Assembly: GCA_001643675.2 (NCBI GenBank)
Contig: LSRY02000058.1
Location: 1 to 64,000 of the forward strand
DNA length: 64,000 bases
Direction: 5' to 3'
From: Monocercomonoides exilis PA203
Lineage: Eukaryota; Protista; Preaxostyla
Made by a program: the position numbers and the translations under genes. Each line of letters begins with the position of its first letter. Position 1 is the first letter of the stretch. Of this stretch, positions 31,354 through 44,800 are shown piece after piece. Below the pieces are notes generated by a model that did not search any database, was not told the origin of the DNA, and saw nothing but the letters and a program-made list of their open reading frames with translations.

Positions 31354-32055
31354 CAGCATATTCAGAAGTATCGTTGCCATCACAAACTTCAAAATCGTCT
31401 TCTGATGATCTTTCTGTTGTTTGAGTGATATCGCTTTCATTCTTTGTGTTTTCATCAACAATATCTTCAATTTGCTCCTTTTGTTTTTCGAACTCCTTTG
31501 CATGTTCAAAATCATGAATCATTCAAACATACTCATGAAAATGCAAAGGTTTGTTTTTTTCTGTCATTAAACTTGCCAAATAGTTATCTTTTAATTTTTA
31601 TCTTGAACTTGGACGTGGCAAAAACCATCATTGTTGACTCCAAAGCCCTTCGATAATGTTCGTGCAAGCGGAAGTTGTTATATCTTTAAACCGATTCTTA
31701 TGGCAAACTGTTGAATGCTTATAACTTAAAGAATTTAAACAGGAATAAGAGTGCCACTCGTCAGAATAAATTTTCGTCTGCTTTTTTATGTAATTTTCAA
31801 TAATTCGTATCAAAGATTATTTCTTTCTGTTTTCAACACGGACAATAAGACATTTTCCTTGATTTTTATCAGTTTTTCGTTCAACCATGCCAAAGATCCA
31901 TATTTGTTGTTTGGCCCTTCTTTTTTGGAATTTTCGTTTGTGAAGAATGACTTCATCTATTTCAACAATGGATTCTTATCCTCCCAATGTCAAATCCATT
32001 TTTGAAACAGTGTTCACAGCAGCTGTTCTTGAAACACTTGTTCAATATGAAACAG
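31354..32055 (-). pseudogene. Degenerate Merlin/IS1595 transposase (duplicate)
   Basis: Inverted copy of 17960-18660. Confidence 0.85.
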
Positions 32056-32266
32056 AATATCTGCTTATACGCACTAAATACGAGATATGTTTGAAATAAA
32101 ATTTTTTTGTCACATAAAACATTTTTTAAAATATTATATAAGATTTAGGTTCTGCAATCTTCTGCATTTACCAAATATTAAAAACACGCTTCAAAAAAAA
32201 AATAATAATAATAATAATTAGAACTAAATCAAAAGATTTTGAGTTGAAAAAAAAAAACAAAATATT

Positions 32267-32339
32267 TGCCCCAGGTCGGTTTCGATCCAACTACCTGCAG
32301 ATCTTCAGTCTGACACTCTACCAATTGAGCTACTAGGGC
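32267..32339 (-). tRNA. trnF: tRNA-Phe(GAA), identical second copy
   Basis: Exact reverse complement of 17677-17749. Confidence 0.85.
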
Positions 32340-32849
32340 ATATCAAAATTTGAACTTTTTCGAATTGAATACATATTTTTGATTTGACTTAAGCAAAACT
32401 GATTTGAGAATATCTATTTTTAATTCAAAAAGTCAAAAATTATGTGATAAGTTTGATCATGATAATTGAATGTTTCAGCTGTATCATATCAAATAACAGT
32501 TTGCTTTTTATAAATTTTTAATACGTTCATCATTCGTTTATTTTTTATATGTTTTCATGATGATTTTTTGAGTTCTTTTTCATTTCAACCGATATTTTTG
32601 TTATTAGTTTTTCTTATTTGCTGTGTTACCCAAAGTATTCGAATAATTTTAACTTTTATTTTTAGCTGATTTAATGAAAGAATTATTCAATAACATGTTT
32701 GATTTTATTAATTTTTTATATTTTATTGATTTTTTGATGTGAATCATAAAATCATGTTTATTTAAAAGCTTACAACTATTATTGTCTATTAATTTTTCAA
32801 TATTTTCAAACAAATATCATTATTTAAGTATTGAGTGAGAGAACAAAAG

Positions 32850-34362
32850 GGCATAAACATACAAAACGCGTACCAAAATTTTTCACTATATAATAACAAC
32901 GGAAGTTCTGTTTTATGATTCTGTTAATATTCACTTCGTAACATCTTGCGAAAAGTGATGTGCGTGAAAAAAGATCAAAAAATATTTTCGCAAAATTTTA
33001 ATAAAAAATATTATCTATGGTTCAAATTCCGAGGAATCTTCTCCTGTTCCAGCTCCAAAAGGATCTGAATCCTCGCTTTCTGATTTTAAAAGTTCATCTT
33101 CAGTATCTTCTTCATTACTATTTCCCAAAATATCATTAATATCAGGAATTTCTTCATTTTCATCAACTTCATCATCATCAATTTCCAGTTCAAATTCATC
33201 TTCAGATTGAAAATTTATTACTTTTTCGATGAATTCTCCGTATGAAAGAAAACCTGATCTTTTCACAATGAACGTTGCAAGCACTCCAGGAATGAACCGC
33301 TCTCTCACTCCATATCTTGGAAAAAAAGATCGCAAATGTGCCCACATTCCTTCGATAGTGTTCGTATTGGCTTTTGTAACGGGATCAACGTAATGACGTT
33401 TGTGGCAGACGGTTTGGTGTGTGTAACCAATTTCTCCTAAGCAAGTGTATGCTTTCCACTCGTCGCTGATTATTGTTGTTCCTTCTTTGATTCTATTTTT
33501 TATTATAGGGATTAATGTCTCTTTTTTTCGATTAGGCACAATGACAACGAATTTTTTTCCTAATTCTTCTTCGCCTTTTCGTTCGACCGCTCCAAATATC
33601 CACATCAATTTTTTCTGCTTTCCTAATTCAAAAAATAGTTATATTCACAACAAATAAATTAATATTTATGAAAACAAAATATATATTCGATGTAAAAACC
33701 TTTTTTGTATTTCCGTCTCCTCCATGCTGCTTCATCAATTTCCACTATTTTGCCTTCCCCTCCAATTTTTTCATTTCTGTAATTTAAGTAATTTAACGCT
33801 GTCGACCTTGCAACACTTGTCCAGTATCCAATCGTCATTTGAGATACATTTAACATCATGCCAATTTGCCAATCTTTGATTTCAAGCCAAAACATCAAAA
33901 GAATCATCATCACAGTGGAAATAGGCAATTTTGAAGACTCCAGAGTTGTATTTTTAAAGCAGGAAACACTTTTCTTGCACTTTGGGCACTTCGGGAATCT
34001 TGAATGTCCCCTTCCTTTACAGATATATTTGACTTTTTTGCAGTGTTGACAAACTGCAAAAACCTTAGGTAAATATTGTTGTATCCATTTCCAAGATGAT
34101 TCTTCAGATGAAAATGTTTCATACAGCGCATGACATTCCTTTTTGAAAGGTTTTTTCCAAGACATCTAATTTTTGATCCACAAAAATTTTGTGATCAAAC
34201 CCATTTTTTATGTGATTTTGAGAAAAATTATATTTTTTATTTTGTCAAGTGGATGCAAAGCGCAGACAAAGTACAAAATATTATTAAACCTAATAAGCAA
34301 TAGATTGTGAAAATGATTGAAAGAATCAAAAATATTTGGTATGCTTATTCTATGCTTATGCC
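32850..34362 (-). mobile_element. Complete Merlin (IS1595-like) DNA transposon, 1513 bp
   Basis: 28-bp imperfect TIRs starting GGCATAA (23/28 identical); perfect 8-bp TSD AACAAAAG at 32842-32849 and 34363-34370. Confidence 0.92.
33015..34165 (-). CDS. Intact Merlin/ISXO2-like DDE transposase, 357 aa after splicing a 77-nt intron (33623-33699)
   Basis: N-terminal CQHC/CPKC zinc ribbon and HTH-like region, KIGGEGKIVEIDE, RRKYKKG|KQKKLMWIFGAVER, IISDEWKAY, HQTVCH, NTNTIEGMW, acidic tail; the GT-AG intron restores the frame. Confidence 0.9.
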
Positions 34363-35545
34363 AACAAAAGCTCTTTTGTTAATATAACTGTTTATTTTTT
34401 CACTTTTTTATTTTGATTATTTAAAACTTGTTTTATTATGATCAGCAAATTTTTTCTTATCATATCAATATATTTTTATGTGAAAAATAAAAAGAATTGA
34501 ATAATTTTATGCTTTTGTGTTTTTTCCAAAAATAATTGATAAACAATAAAAATAAAAAAATTTGACAACATGAAATTCAACATGTTTCAATTAAAAACAT
34601 TAATATTTTATTTCAATTTTTATATACGTCATTTGCAAATAATAAATTAATAAAAATAAGAGAAGAATGTACTTTTATTTAAATATGATCAATCACCAGG
34701 AATATTTGATATTTGCATTGACTCAGTCAAATCGATTTTTGTCTGGTTAATCGAATATTACTAATTTTTATCGAATTTCCCTCAATCTCACCGAGGGTGA
34801 AATTGTGATTTTTATGATCAAAAGTTGTGATCGTTCATTTTTTTGTATTGTTCGTATTTAACCTTATTAAAGTTATTATTGTTTAATTTTTTAATATGTT
34901 ACTATTTAATTTGTGTTTTTATTCTCTATTTATGGTATTTTTTTTGTGTTTTTCAAGTTTGATTCAGGTTTTTGAAAACTTCACATTTTTGTAATTGTGA
35001 CGTTGTTATCAGCTTTATCTCTTGAAATGATGAAAAAATAGAAAGTATTTTATATAATTAACGTTTGCGTATTATAATAATTATCACTTTTTCATTTTCA
35101 TAAAATGCTTTCATTTTTCACTTTTTTTCTTGTGCAGATTGTTTTTTACTCTATTGTTTTTTGATGTTTTGATATTTTCGAACAACAAACAACAAATAAA
35201 AAGCTATTTATTCATATTATTCTCTTATTTGTTTTTTATAAGGAAATCTGAAAGATGTTTTCAAAAACATATGATTCTTTTTTTGGAATGTTCAATAGCG
35301 AAATGGGAATTATCAAAATCACATTTTGTATGTGACATTAATTATTTAATCTTAATTTAAAACGAATTGAATGAAAATAATTCACGAAAAAATCATTAAA
35401 TTTGTTATTCTTAAAAATTGAAAAAACATCCAATTAAAACAATTATATATTATTTTAATAAAGCATTAAAAGAGAAATAACAAAGTTTTAACTTGAAATA
35501 TTTTTTGTTCAATTAATGATCAGGAGACCCAGAATGGAAATGATC

Positions 35546-35697
35546 GGATGTGACTGAGTCACATCCAATTTGACTGCGTCTTAATGGCATTAGATCAATC
35601 TTATTGGATGTTGACCGATCTAATGCCACTTGACGCAGTCAAATCAATCAAGTTCTAATTTTTCGATCAAATAATCCATCCAATTCAAATTAGAACT
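35546..35697. repeat. Cluster of three adjacent palindromes/hairpins built on a TGACT-N-AGTCA-like motif
   Basis: GGATGTGACT-G-AGTCACATCC (35546-35566); 35568-35596 pairs with 35617-35644; 35651-35661 pairs with 35687-35697. Confidence 0.85.
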
Positions 35698-36593
35698 GAA
35701 ACGAAATGACTCAGTAATGCGGTATTCGATTTGACTAATACCAATAAGTGACATATAAAACCAAAAAGTGAGACTCAAAACCGTTTTGATTGAGTCAAGA
35801 CCGATTGATTCAATTCTGGTTGTGAGATCACATGAAAATCAAATTATCAAAGTGTTATTTTTTTATCAAATTGTTTTTTGCATATGAAGATGATATAATT
35901 AAAATCGACATATTTTTGTTTTTTGATGGAAAAATTGAAAATTTCAATGTAAAAACCATCTCCAAATTTGACTACAAACATTTGGCTTAAATTGAAAAAA
36001 CAAAAGACCAAACTATGAGTTATTTTTTATTTTTGTTACATGTTGATTGATTTGAAGTGAAAAAATGTAACGATAAAAAGAGAATTAGAAACATTCAACG
36101 AAATTTTTTAAATCACAAAAAATAAATAAAAGATATTCAAATTAAAAAATTCACATCGACCTTGCATTCAACCAATTCTTTTTTTGATAAAAAAATGCAA
36201 AGATAGCGTATTAAGTTGATTGTTCAGAAAAAGTTTCTCAAAAACAATTATTCAATTAAAAACATGTTTCAAAAACAAAACCGGAAATTTGCAAATAAAA
36301 CAACAAACATTTTCTGCTACAATAACACAAAAAATGAGTGTTTTAACAATTGAAACACTTAACTGAATCCAAAACAACAAAGACAAATTAGAAACAAAGT
36401 TATCAACAAATTTTTCATAATTAACAAAAAACATCATCCAAGCATATTTAAAACATCATAATAAAATACCTATCAAAAATTTGCAGAAAACAAATTGTCT
36501 TTCAATGGATTATTGAAAAAACTTCTCATTATTTTGATCAAAATTGAAACATTATTTTTGAATTTTTGATCACAAAAAAGATTGAAGGAAAAC

Positions 36594-36653
36594 CGAATTG
36601 ATTGAGTCAAAACCAATGAAACAAATTTTAAACGTTTTGACTTAATCAATTCG
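36594..36653. repeat. 20-bp inverted repeat with 20-nt spacer, same motif family
   Basis: CGAATTGATTGAGTCAAAAC ... GTTTTGACTTAATCAATTCG (1 mismatch). Confidence 0.85.
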
Positions 36654-38619
36654 AATTTACCCGCTCAATTCGTTTAAGTTTTATTATTAAAAAATGAATT
36701 ATGATTGCGTGAAAAACACACACTTTATTATTAAACCGCACATCAAATATTTTTTTCTTCCTCGGCAATAATCCATTAATGAAAATAAATATTTAATGAA
36801 AACAATAAGTGGATTATAATGTGTTTACACTTCGAAATAATTTTCCTTGGAAAAATGGATAAATCGTTCTCGTTGAAAACATGAATTTTTTTTTATTGAT
36901 TTTTCTCCATGATTATCTATTTATCTCATTCGAAAAGTTCAGTATCAATCTTGAGAACTCATCTCTATATAACAGAAAACCAGTTTCAAATACCAGCTAA
37001 TAATATTAATGATTTTTAAATTTGCGTTCTTTTAAAGCTTGAAGAACAATAATCAATTATCGAAATACCGGTCACAAAAATTAATAAAATATAGAAATTC
37101 TCAAAATACTCACGAAATGAAAAGGTGTTGAATTATTAACAAAAAATATTTTATTTCCTTATGAACAGAAGCTAATAGAAAAGGTGAATGAATTCGACAT
37201 TGTTTGTGAAATAAAAACCTGAAAAGAAACCAGAGAGAAGGATCTTATATCTCTAATTTTCATATTAAATGAAACATCTATCTATTATTCTTTATTAAAA
37301 AAAAAATATTATTATGGAAAACAATCAAAAATGAATGCCCAAATAAAGTGAACAATTTCTTTCTCAATTTCACCGGACAAGTTAAAGACAAACAAACTTA
37401 AATATAAATTAATGAGAAAGCATAACTTTGTAGAAAACTATTGATATGTCAACCAGAAAGAATCATAATTTTGAAACGAAATTTCAAATTATTTTTCATT
37501 TGATATTAAACGTTACAAACCACAGAGCATATTTGAAATAGTTGCAATAGAAGGTGTTTCTGCGATAAGTTCATAAGGTGCAGTGAATTAGGAAATTCAA
37601 GAAATTTATGTCAGATGAGTCAAAACGATCAATTTCTTTGTTCAATGAATTTGATATGCACATTAAGAAGGATCACTTTGTTATTCATAAACAAATAGAA
37701 AGTTAGTCCGATCGTTCTCAAATTTTAAACTTCTTTTTTTTTAGAAATTTATTTTGTTTCACCTCAACTTTTGGAAAATGATTATGTTTTAGTGAAATGG
37801 TTTTTGATATTTTGCCACTGCATTATTAATATTGATTTTAACAAAAAGTGTCTCACCGGGACGAGTGATGAAGTTCATTATTTCATTATATGCATTCAAC
37901 ACCTTCACGCGCTTGTTTTGTTTCACAACATTCAAAATGATCTTTTGGATATTGAAAATAGAAATCAATAAAATTGAAGATCTGTATCTGAAAGATCACT
38001 AGCTGTTGAAAGAAAAAGAAGAAAGTGAAGTTGAAAGAGAAAAACTTGGAAATGCGACAATCCAAAGAATAAATAGCATGAGAGGGGAAGGAGACAATGT
38101 TTCGAACAAAAAGGAAAAGAAGCGATTCTTCGAAGCAGGAGTTCATATTATTCAAAAGTTATGGAAATCAGGAAGGGGATGAGAAAATGAAAGAGAGTGA
38201 GACATCACATTAAGAGTTGATAAAGGCTGGATGTTCAAAATTAGAATGAGTGGAGTTTCAATCAAGTGAGGAAAATGCTGATCAGAGAAGTGGATAGGAA
38301 GATGGATGTATTTGGAGATTTCATCATTCTCAAGAGTTTTTGTGTCTGTGAAAGTGAAATTCGAAAACAACAAAAATATTAATTGTGTGGTTAATAACTA
38401 TTTTCTAATATTTCGTTTTCGCTTCTGTAGTAGTTTGTTTTCAATTCGTTTAATTGGCATTTATCAATTTGCTTGTCTTTTGTAAAAAATTAACTCTTTG
38501 AAATGATGAATATTTCATTAATGAAATTTCATTAAATCAATTTAATCAATATTTCCTTTTGAAATGATAATTTTCCAGGAATATTTATTAAGCTATCTCC
38601 CGAATTCAATTTTTTGCAC

Positions 38620-40790
38620 TCAGCTGAAAAAATGATCGTTGCAAAATTTACGAATTCTCAATGAACATGTTCCATTAATTTTCGGGAGGTCATCAAGTTC
38701 CTCCGAAGAAGCAGAGTCTGTTTTTTCTTTCTCATAATCAAAGTCACAATCATCACTTTTTCTTTTTATTTGAAACTTTTTCACTGTCAAAAGATCTGAT
38801 TCATTTTCTGATTCAGAGTCATGGGATAAAAGTGATGCACAATTCTTCGTCAACACAGCTTCTTCACTGCTCTCTTCTTTTTCTTCTTTTTTTTTCTCAA
38901 AAAATTGGATTCTCAAATGATTCTTTTGATTCTCTGATCCCAAATATTGGGATTGAAATCACTGAATCTTCACAAGCTTGAGAATTTGATTCCTCAGAAT
39001 AACATTCTGAAGAACCTGAATCGTATTTTTCCATTTTCTTTGCAACTTCAAAATTCTTAGAATCAATATCACTTTCTGGTGCATCAGAAATAACAGAGTC
39101 TTTCCTTCGTTTTTAATTCAAAAATTGTTTCTATTTTTTGTATTTCAGTTGCATAATACTCAGCTTTTGTTGTGTTTTTTCATCACTTTTTCTTGGTTTT
39201 TCATACTCTTCACATTTGTTAATCACAAAATCTGATGTTATGCATTTCCCTGATATGCTCCATCTGTTTCTTTGAGCAATCTTTTTCATTCCTGGAGGCA
39301 ATTCTCGGATCGTTTTGTTTTGAACACATGGAATAGTTACAGAGGTTATTCCTGCTGCAAAGAATCGGTGTTTGATTGTCATGGGTACCAATGCCATGTT
39401 CCCACATTCTTTGATTGAGTGAACAAAAGGGAGGAATTGGACTTGCATTTTTCTAATGGTTGGCTAATTTTTCATATGTTTCAATTGTTTTTTCCATTCT
39501 GTGTTTGGGCCAAAATCCAATGGCTGAAGAATGTGTTATGTATGTGAAGGCAATCTGACAACATCAACTTTCGCTGTTGAAAATATTTTCAAAAGGTTGA
39601 TATTATGCCTGGAAGCATGCCCATCCAATATTATTAGAGTAGGCGGATTATTTTCTTCTTCTTCTTCTTCTTTGCTGACAGTCATCTTTATTTGATTGAA
39701 ACAAATTGAACAAAAACTGTTCTTCTTTGTTTGAGAAGAAAACGATTCTTCCGACCACCATTTTTCATCGTCAATAATTTCACTCTTCTGACGAATCACT
39801 TCAATGAAATAATCAGGAATGTCTTGAATTTTATTTGATTCTTCTTCCTCACAACCAACAAAACAGTCATGTTTTATTATTTAGAATGATGTGATCTCAT
39901 TGTCTTCAATGATTTTTGATGTTTGCTTATAATTTGAAGATTTGTCTGCTTCATTGCATCGTTGCAGTTCATCTTTTGGTAATTCAGTTGATGCTTTTGT
40001 GACTCAAAGTGATTCGTCAGAACGATGATCTTAATGAAAATTAAATTCTTACGTTTTTAATGAATCCTGATGAGCATAACCTGACATTTAAAAGCATTCA
40101 TTTCATTTTGTGAAAATTTCTTCTTCCTTGTTCATCACTGCATTCAGAGGTTTATTATCTTTTTGAGCGGTTTTAATTTTTTTCAAGTCGATTGTTTTTT
40201 GAATACGACTATCTCCTTCTTTTGTTTCAAACTTTTTATTGTTCAAATGTAATTAATTGATGAAAGATTATTGTTCAATTTAAATATTTCGAGCCTCTGT
40301 TTGAGAATTGAAGTTAAAACATAATTGATCATAATGGATTGAAAAATTTCTTTTGTCATCCATTTCTTTTGAAATGTGTGCAAAATATAATCTTCATCAT
40401 TCCATTGTTTTCTAATTTCATTCTCATATTTTGGTGTAACTGAAAGATGCGAAGGAATGTGCTTTCCATTTGCAGCAACGAAAAAAAGCATTGTTTGATG
40501 TCTGAGAAGAGGTGATTCTAAGAGAGGGATATACGAACAATTGCTTGAAACTATATTCTTTCTTTTTTGTTTCTCATTCGATTGACAACTTGTCTCGTCA
40601 AGCTGCAAAATCAAAGAGTGATGATATTTTTTTGTCTTCATCAAGATTCTCAATTTTGATAAAAATGATTAAATATTCTCTGTAATGGATGCTCGGACTC
40701 TTGAAACAATTAATCGAACAGGATCAACTGGTTCAAGCTGTTTATGTCTTTGAACGAAATATTTAATGCGTTTCAAACTTGGTGCTCCAA
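38620..40790 (-). pseudogene. pogo/Tc5-like DDE_1 transposase pseudogene
   Basis: LILQLDETS, KWMTKEIF, TLIILDGHASR, RLPSHT*HILQPLD motifs; many stops. Confidence 0.85.
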
Positions 40791-40865
40791 CGTTATCTTT
40801 TATTTTCAAATCTTTTTACAACCGGATATCAAGGAGTCAAAAACAAGAATAATAAAAAAATATAT

Positions 40866-41120
40866 GGGTGATTATTTTTGAAATCATATTTTTTCATTCA
40901 TAATTTTCGGTTTATAAATACCCCTTGAATATTAATAAATGAACATAAAAAAAGTCAAATGATATGTTTGAGACATCTTCATCTTTATTTCAGCAAAACA
41001 TTTATTTTTGAAACAGTTATAATAGTTTTTATATTTAAATTCAAAATCTCTTCCCAATAACAAACAATCTTTGAAAAATCAACACACCGAAAAAAGATAT
41101 GATATCAAAAATAATCACAC
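40866..41120. mobile_element. 255-bp MITE (GGGTGATTATTTTTGA TIR)
   Basis: ATAT|GGGTGATTATTTTTGAAATCATAT...ATATGATATCAAAAATAATCACAC|AATT. Confidence 0.75.
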
Positions 41121-41273
41121 AATTAACTATTGTTTTAACAAATTTCAATTGTTCATCATCTGTAAAATAATATGGTCAACCAACTTTCCTAGTATATTGT
41201 CCTTTGTCTTTCTTTTTTTTGCTCCAAAAGAACTGAAGTATGTATTTTGTGATCCTTTTTCGTAATCTTGGTT

Positions 41274-41318
<45 letters not shown>

Positions 41319-41897
41319 GTGATTTTTTCTTCTGTGCTTTGAAATACAAATAGCTTTTGGTAATCATCAAATTTATAAAATAATGGTTATTGAATGAATC
41401 CCATATTCGTGAAAAAATAATTAATGAAAAATGAAAAAATAATCATTGTTAGTGATTGAAAATAGGTTTTTATTGTCATTTTTCATTTTTAAATTATTGT
41501 TTGAATCAAAAGATGCAGTTTGTGAAGATTTTATTATATGTGCGGATTTTTTCCCTCGACATTAGTTGTGATAAAATCTTTTTATTTTGTTAATTTTTGA
41601 TTTTTTTTTTCTTTTTAACATTCTGATTTGTTGTAATTATTTTTTACAGAAAAAAAATTTGATTTTCTGTAATTGAATTATGTGATGATTGTTTTGGAAT
41701 TATTTTGATTTTCAAAAAGACTCAGTGGTTATGGATTTGTGAGCATAAAGGATTATTTGCATTTATGTGCGTGCTTTAAAGAGAAAAGATATCACGAAAT
41801 AATATTGAATTTATGTGTGTTGATTGGTTTGATTTTTTATTTTTTTAAAGAAAAAAAATATTGCAAAAAAAAAAATTATTTCATATAATGTGAAGAT

Positions 41898-44800
41898 TTA
41901 TAGTAAATCCAAAAATGACTGATCTGCAGTATCAAGAAGATCAGTGACGATATTCGTCAAGCTTTCAATGTTGCTCTCGTTTGCTGAGTCCTTTTCCAAA
42001 TTCCTTGGAATGTTATTAGGTAATTGCTGCTGCTTGATAGAAGAGGAAGAAGAAAATGATGATGATGATGATGATGACGATGACGATGACGATGATGATG
42101 ATGATGATGATGCATAATCATCTGAACTTTTTGAATAATTCTTTGAAGATCCAACATCATCAGTATTAATTGCTACCAAAGGCATTTCGGCTTTGCGAAG
42201 AAGAGAAGAGGAAGAAGAGGAAGAAGAAGAAGAGGAGGATAAGGAATAATAAGATGATGGCGGTGGTGGTGGAATCGCCTCTTTCATTCTTTCTTTATTC
42301 ACTTCAGAGCGAAAATGTGTTGATGAAGAGTCATCTTTCAATGAAGAAGGAGTGTTACTTAGAGAAAACAATGAAGAATTGTGTTGCTTCTGCTTGTTTT
42401 CTGCTTCATTCATGTGATGGCCACGATGCAACTGAACAAATAATAAGAAACAAATACAGTGTTTAAAAAAAATTGAGAAATAATTAATTTGTACATATAT
42501 GAGTGAACGCATGCACGAATGAATGAATGAATGAATGATCAAAAATTATTATTATTTAAATAGAAAATAATAATTATTCAAAATAGAATAAATGATTCAA
42601 AATAATAAACAAACAAATAAATAAATAAATAAAATTTAAAATTAAAAAGTCTGTAACAATAATTTCTGCAAACTTTCCCACTAACATGGCTTGCCCAATC
42701 GTTTTCATGCAACTTAATATTGCACAGCGAGCAAAAACGCATTTTCCCTCTTTCTCCTTCTGCACCAGCATGTTGATGAGAAGGAAGAGAATTTTTGTTT
42801 CTGTTGTTTTGTTGCATGCTGCGAATGTTATCTGAACTGCGTGAATGTCTTTCGCGGGGATAATCATTGTGTTTGGAGGAAGAGGAAGAGGAAGAAGGAG
42901 AAGAGGAAGAAGAAGAAGAAGAAGAAGAAGAAGAAGAAGAAGAAGAAGAAGAAGAACCTGGAGTATTTTTACTAATTGAAGACAGACCAGCAATGAAAGG
43001 CTCAGAAGCCAAATAAAGAGAAGATGAAGAGGAAGGCGAAGAAAACAACGAAGAGAGGGAAGGAAGATAATCATCCGTTGGAACTTTCTGTGATTCAAAG
43101 ACAATTGTCGTTGTGGTTGAATTGCGATCATCACGTGAAGAGGAGGAAGAAGAAGAAGTAGACGATGATGATGATGATGAATAAGAAGAATAAGAAGAAC
43201 TATGATGTTTCTTTGGAGAACGGCTTCTTGAATGATGCAAATGAAATGAAGAAGGAGAAGGGGAAGGAGATGGAGAATGAGAAGGAGAGGCAGAATACGA
43301 GCGAGATCTGTGTCTGTAATAGCTTCTGTGCTCTGAACGAGGTGGGGTGTTGTGGCGACGGTTGCGAAGAGGAGGAGAAGGAGGAGAATGAGAATGAGAA
43401 GAATGAGAAGAAGAAGAATAAGAAGGAGAATGAGAATAAGAATGAATAGGAGAACGATGAGAATAGGAAGAAGGAGAAAAAGAAGTAGATTTTTTGCGAA
43501 GAGCAGAAAAAGCTTTGCACAATCTGTTTGGCGAGTGGATGACTCGCAAATACTTTTTTGTTCTGGGAGGATGAGAAAGAAGATCAATTGTTGATTTCTC
43601 AGTCAGAAACAGAAGTGGCACATTGTCAATGAGAAAGTCTTCTTTTGTGTACAAAGCAAGTGACATGTCGATTTCTTCTTCCCATTTCGTTGATGATGAT
43701 GATGATGATGATTCATTTATCCCTAAAATTTCGATTCCTTCTGTTTTTTCTGATCTTTCTGGTGAAGTTTGTTTTATTTCTGGTTTGTTCGTTAAATCTT
43801 CCATTGCAAGAGTAGTGGTTGTGGAAGAAAGCGAAGGAAGCAGAGATTCGTTAAATGAATTGCGAATAAATGAAATAAGAGAAAGTCTTTTGATTCTTTC
43901 AGCCAAGTTGTCAATATTCGAATGCGAAGAAGAGTGAAATGCTGATGATGCAATTGAATCTGAAGAACTATTCATTTTTGTGGCTTTTTGCAAAAAATCT
44001 GTGAAAGAAGCATCAAATTCATTTGCCTTTTCTTCTGCTAAACTTTCTGTGGAATGACTCATCAACTTCGTAACGTCGCCTTTTTGAAGAACTTCGTTCA
44101 TTCCAATCAATTTTTCTTGCTCTTCCTTTTTTTCATCATTTTTCAGAGAAGAAAGCGATTGCAAACTTGAAATTCGATTTGGATTTTCAGTATCACAAAT
44201 TGAATCATCAGAAGGAATTGCAAAAATGTTTGGTGAGTTAACAATTGCATAAATCAAAGTCATCACATGCCCACATATTTCTTCTCCTTCTCCTTTCTTC
44301 ACTGCCCCAGAGCAAGTGCAATAGGACGAAATGAATGGCAAGAAGCTTCTAAGGAAAGAGGAAGAAGACAAGCGATCTTCAGAGGAAAGCGAGGACAAAG
44401 AGGAATAAGCAGAAGGTTGACTGTCTTTGCACAAAAGCCCAACATCTTCTGCTGTGCAAAGCGAATAAAACAAACGCGGACAAAGCTCCAAATGGAGAGT
44501 GCAAAATACATATGTGCTTTTTCTTTCTTTTCTTTTCATTTCGTTTAAATCCGATTTATTCAAAGATAACACACTTTGAGGGGCAAAAGAGCCTGAAAGA
44601 AAAGGAATGTGGAAAGCGCAGCTAATTCTGGCAGTGTTTTCAATGATGGAAGAGCGGAACTCGACAATGTGGTTTGACAGAGAGCGGAATTGGAAAAGCA
44701 AATTGACTGAGGAAAAAAGGCGGCGAAGCGGAGAAAGAGAAAAGGAGAGAGAAAGAGAAGGAGAAGGAGAAAGAGAGGAGGAAAGTGCTGTGTTCTGTTT

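Larger units (their letters stand above)
31091..33133 (-). repeat. Right arm of the 2.04-kb inverted duplication
   Basis: Reverse complement of 16883-18923. Confidence 0.95.

Noticed and set aside
32267-34362. tRNA carried as cargo by the Merlin element
   Set aside because: The TSD-defined boundary at 32850 leaves the tRNA about 510 bp outside
41276-41317. Poly-T run as a retroposon tail
   Set aside because: No TSD or recognisable retroelement or retrogene body adjacent
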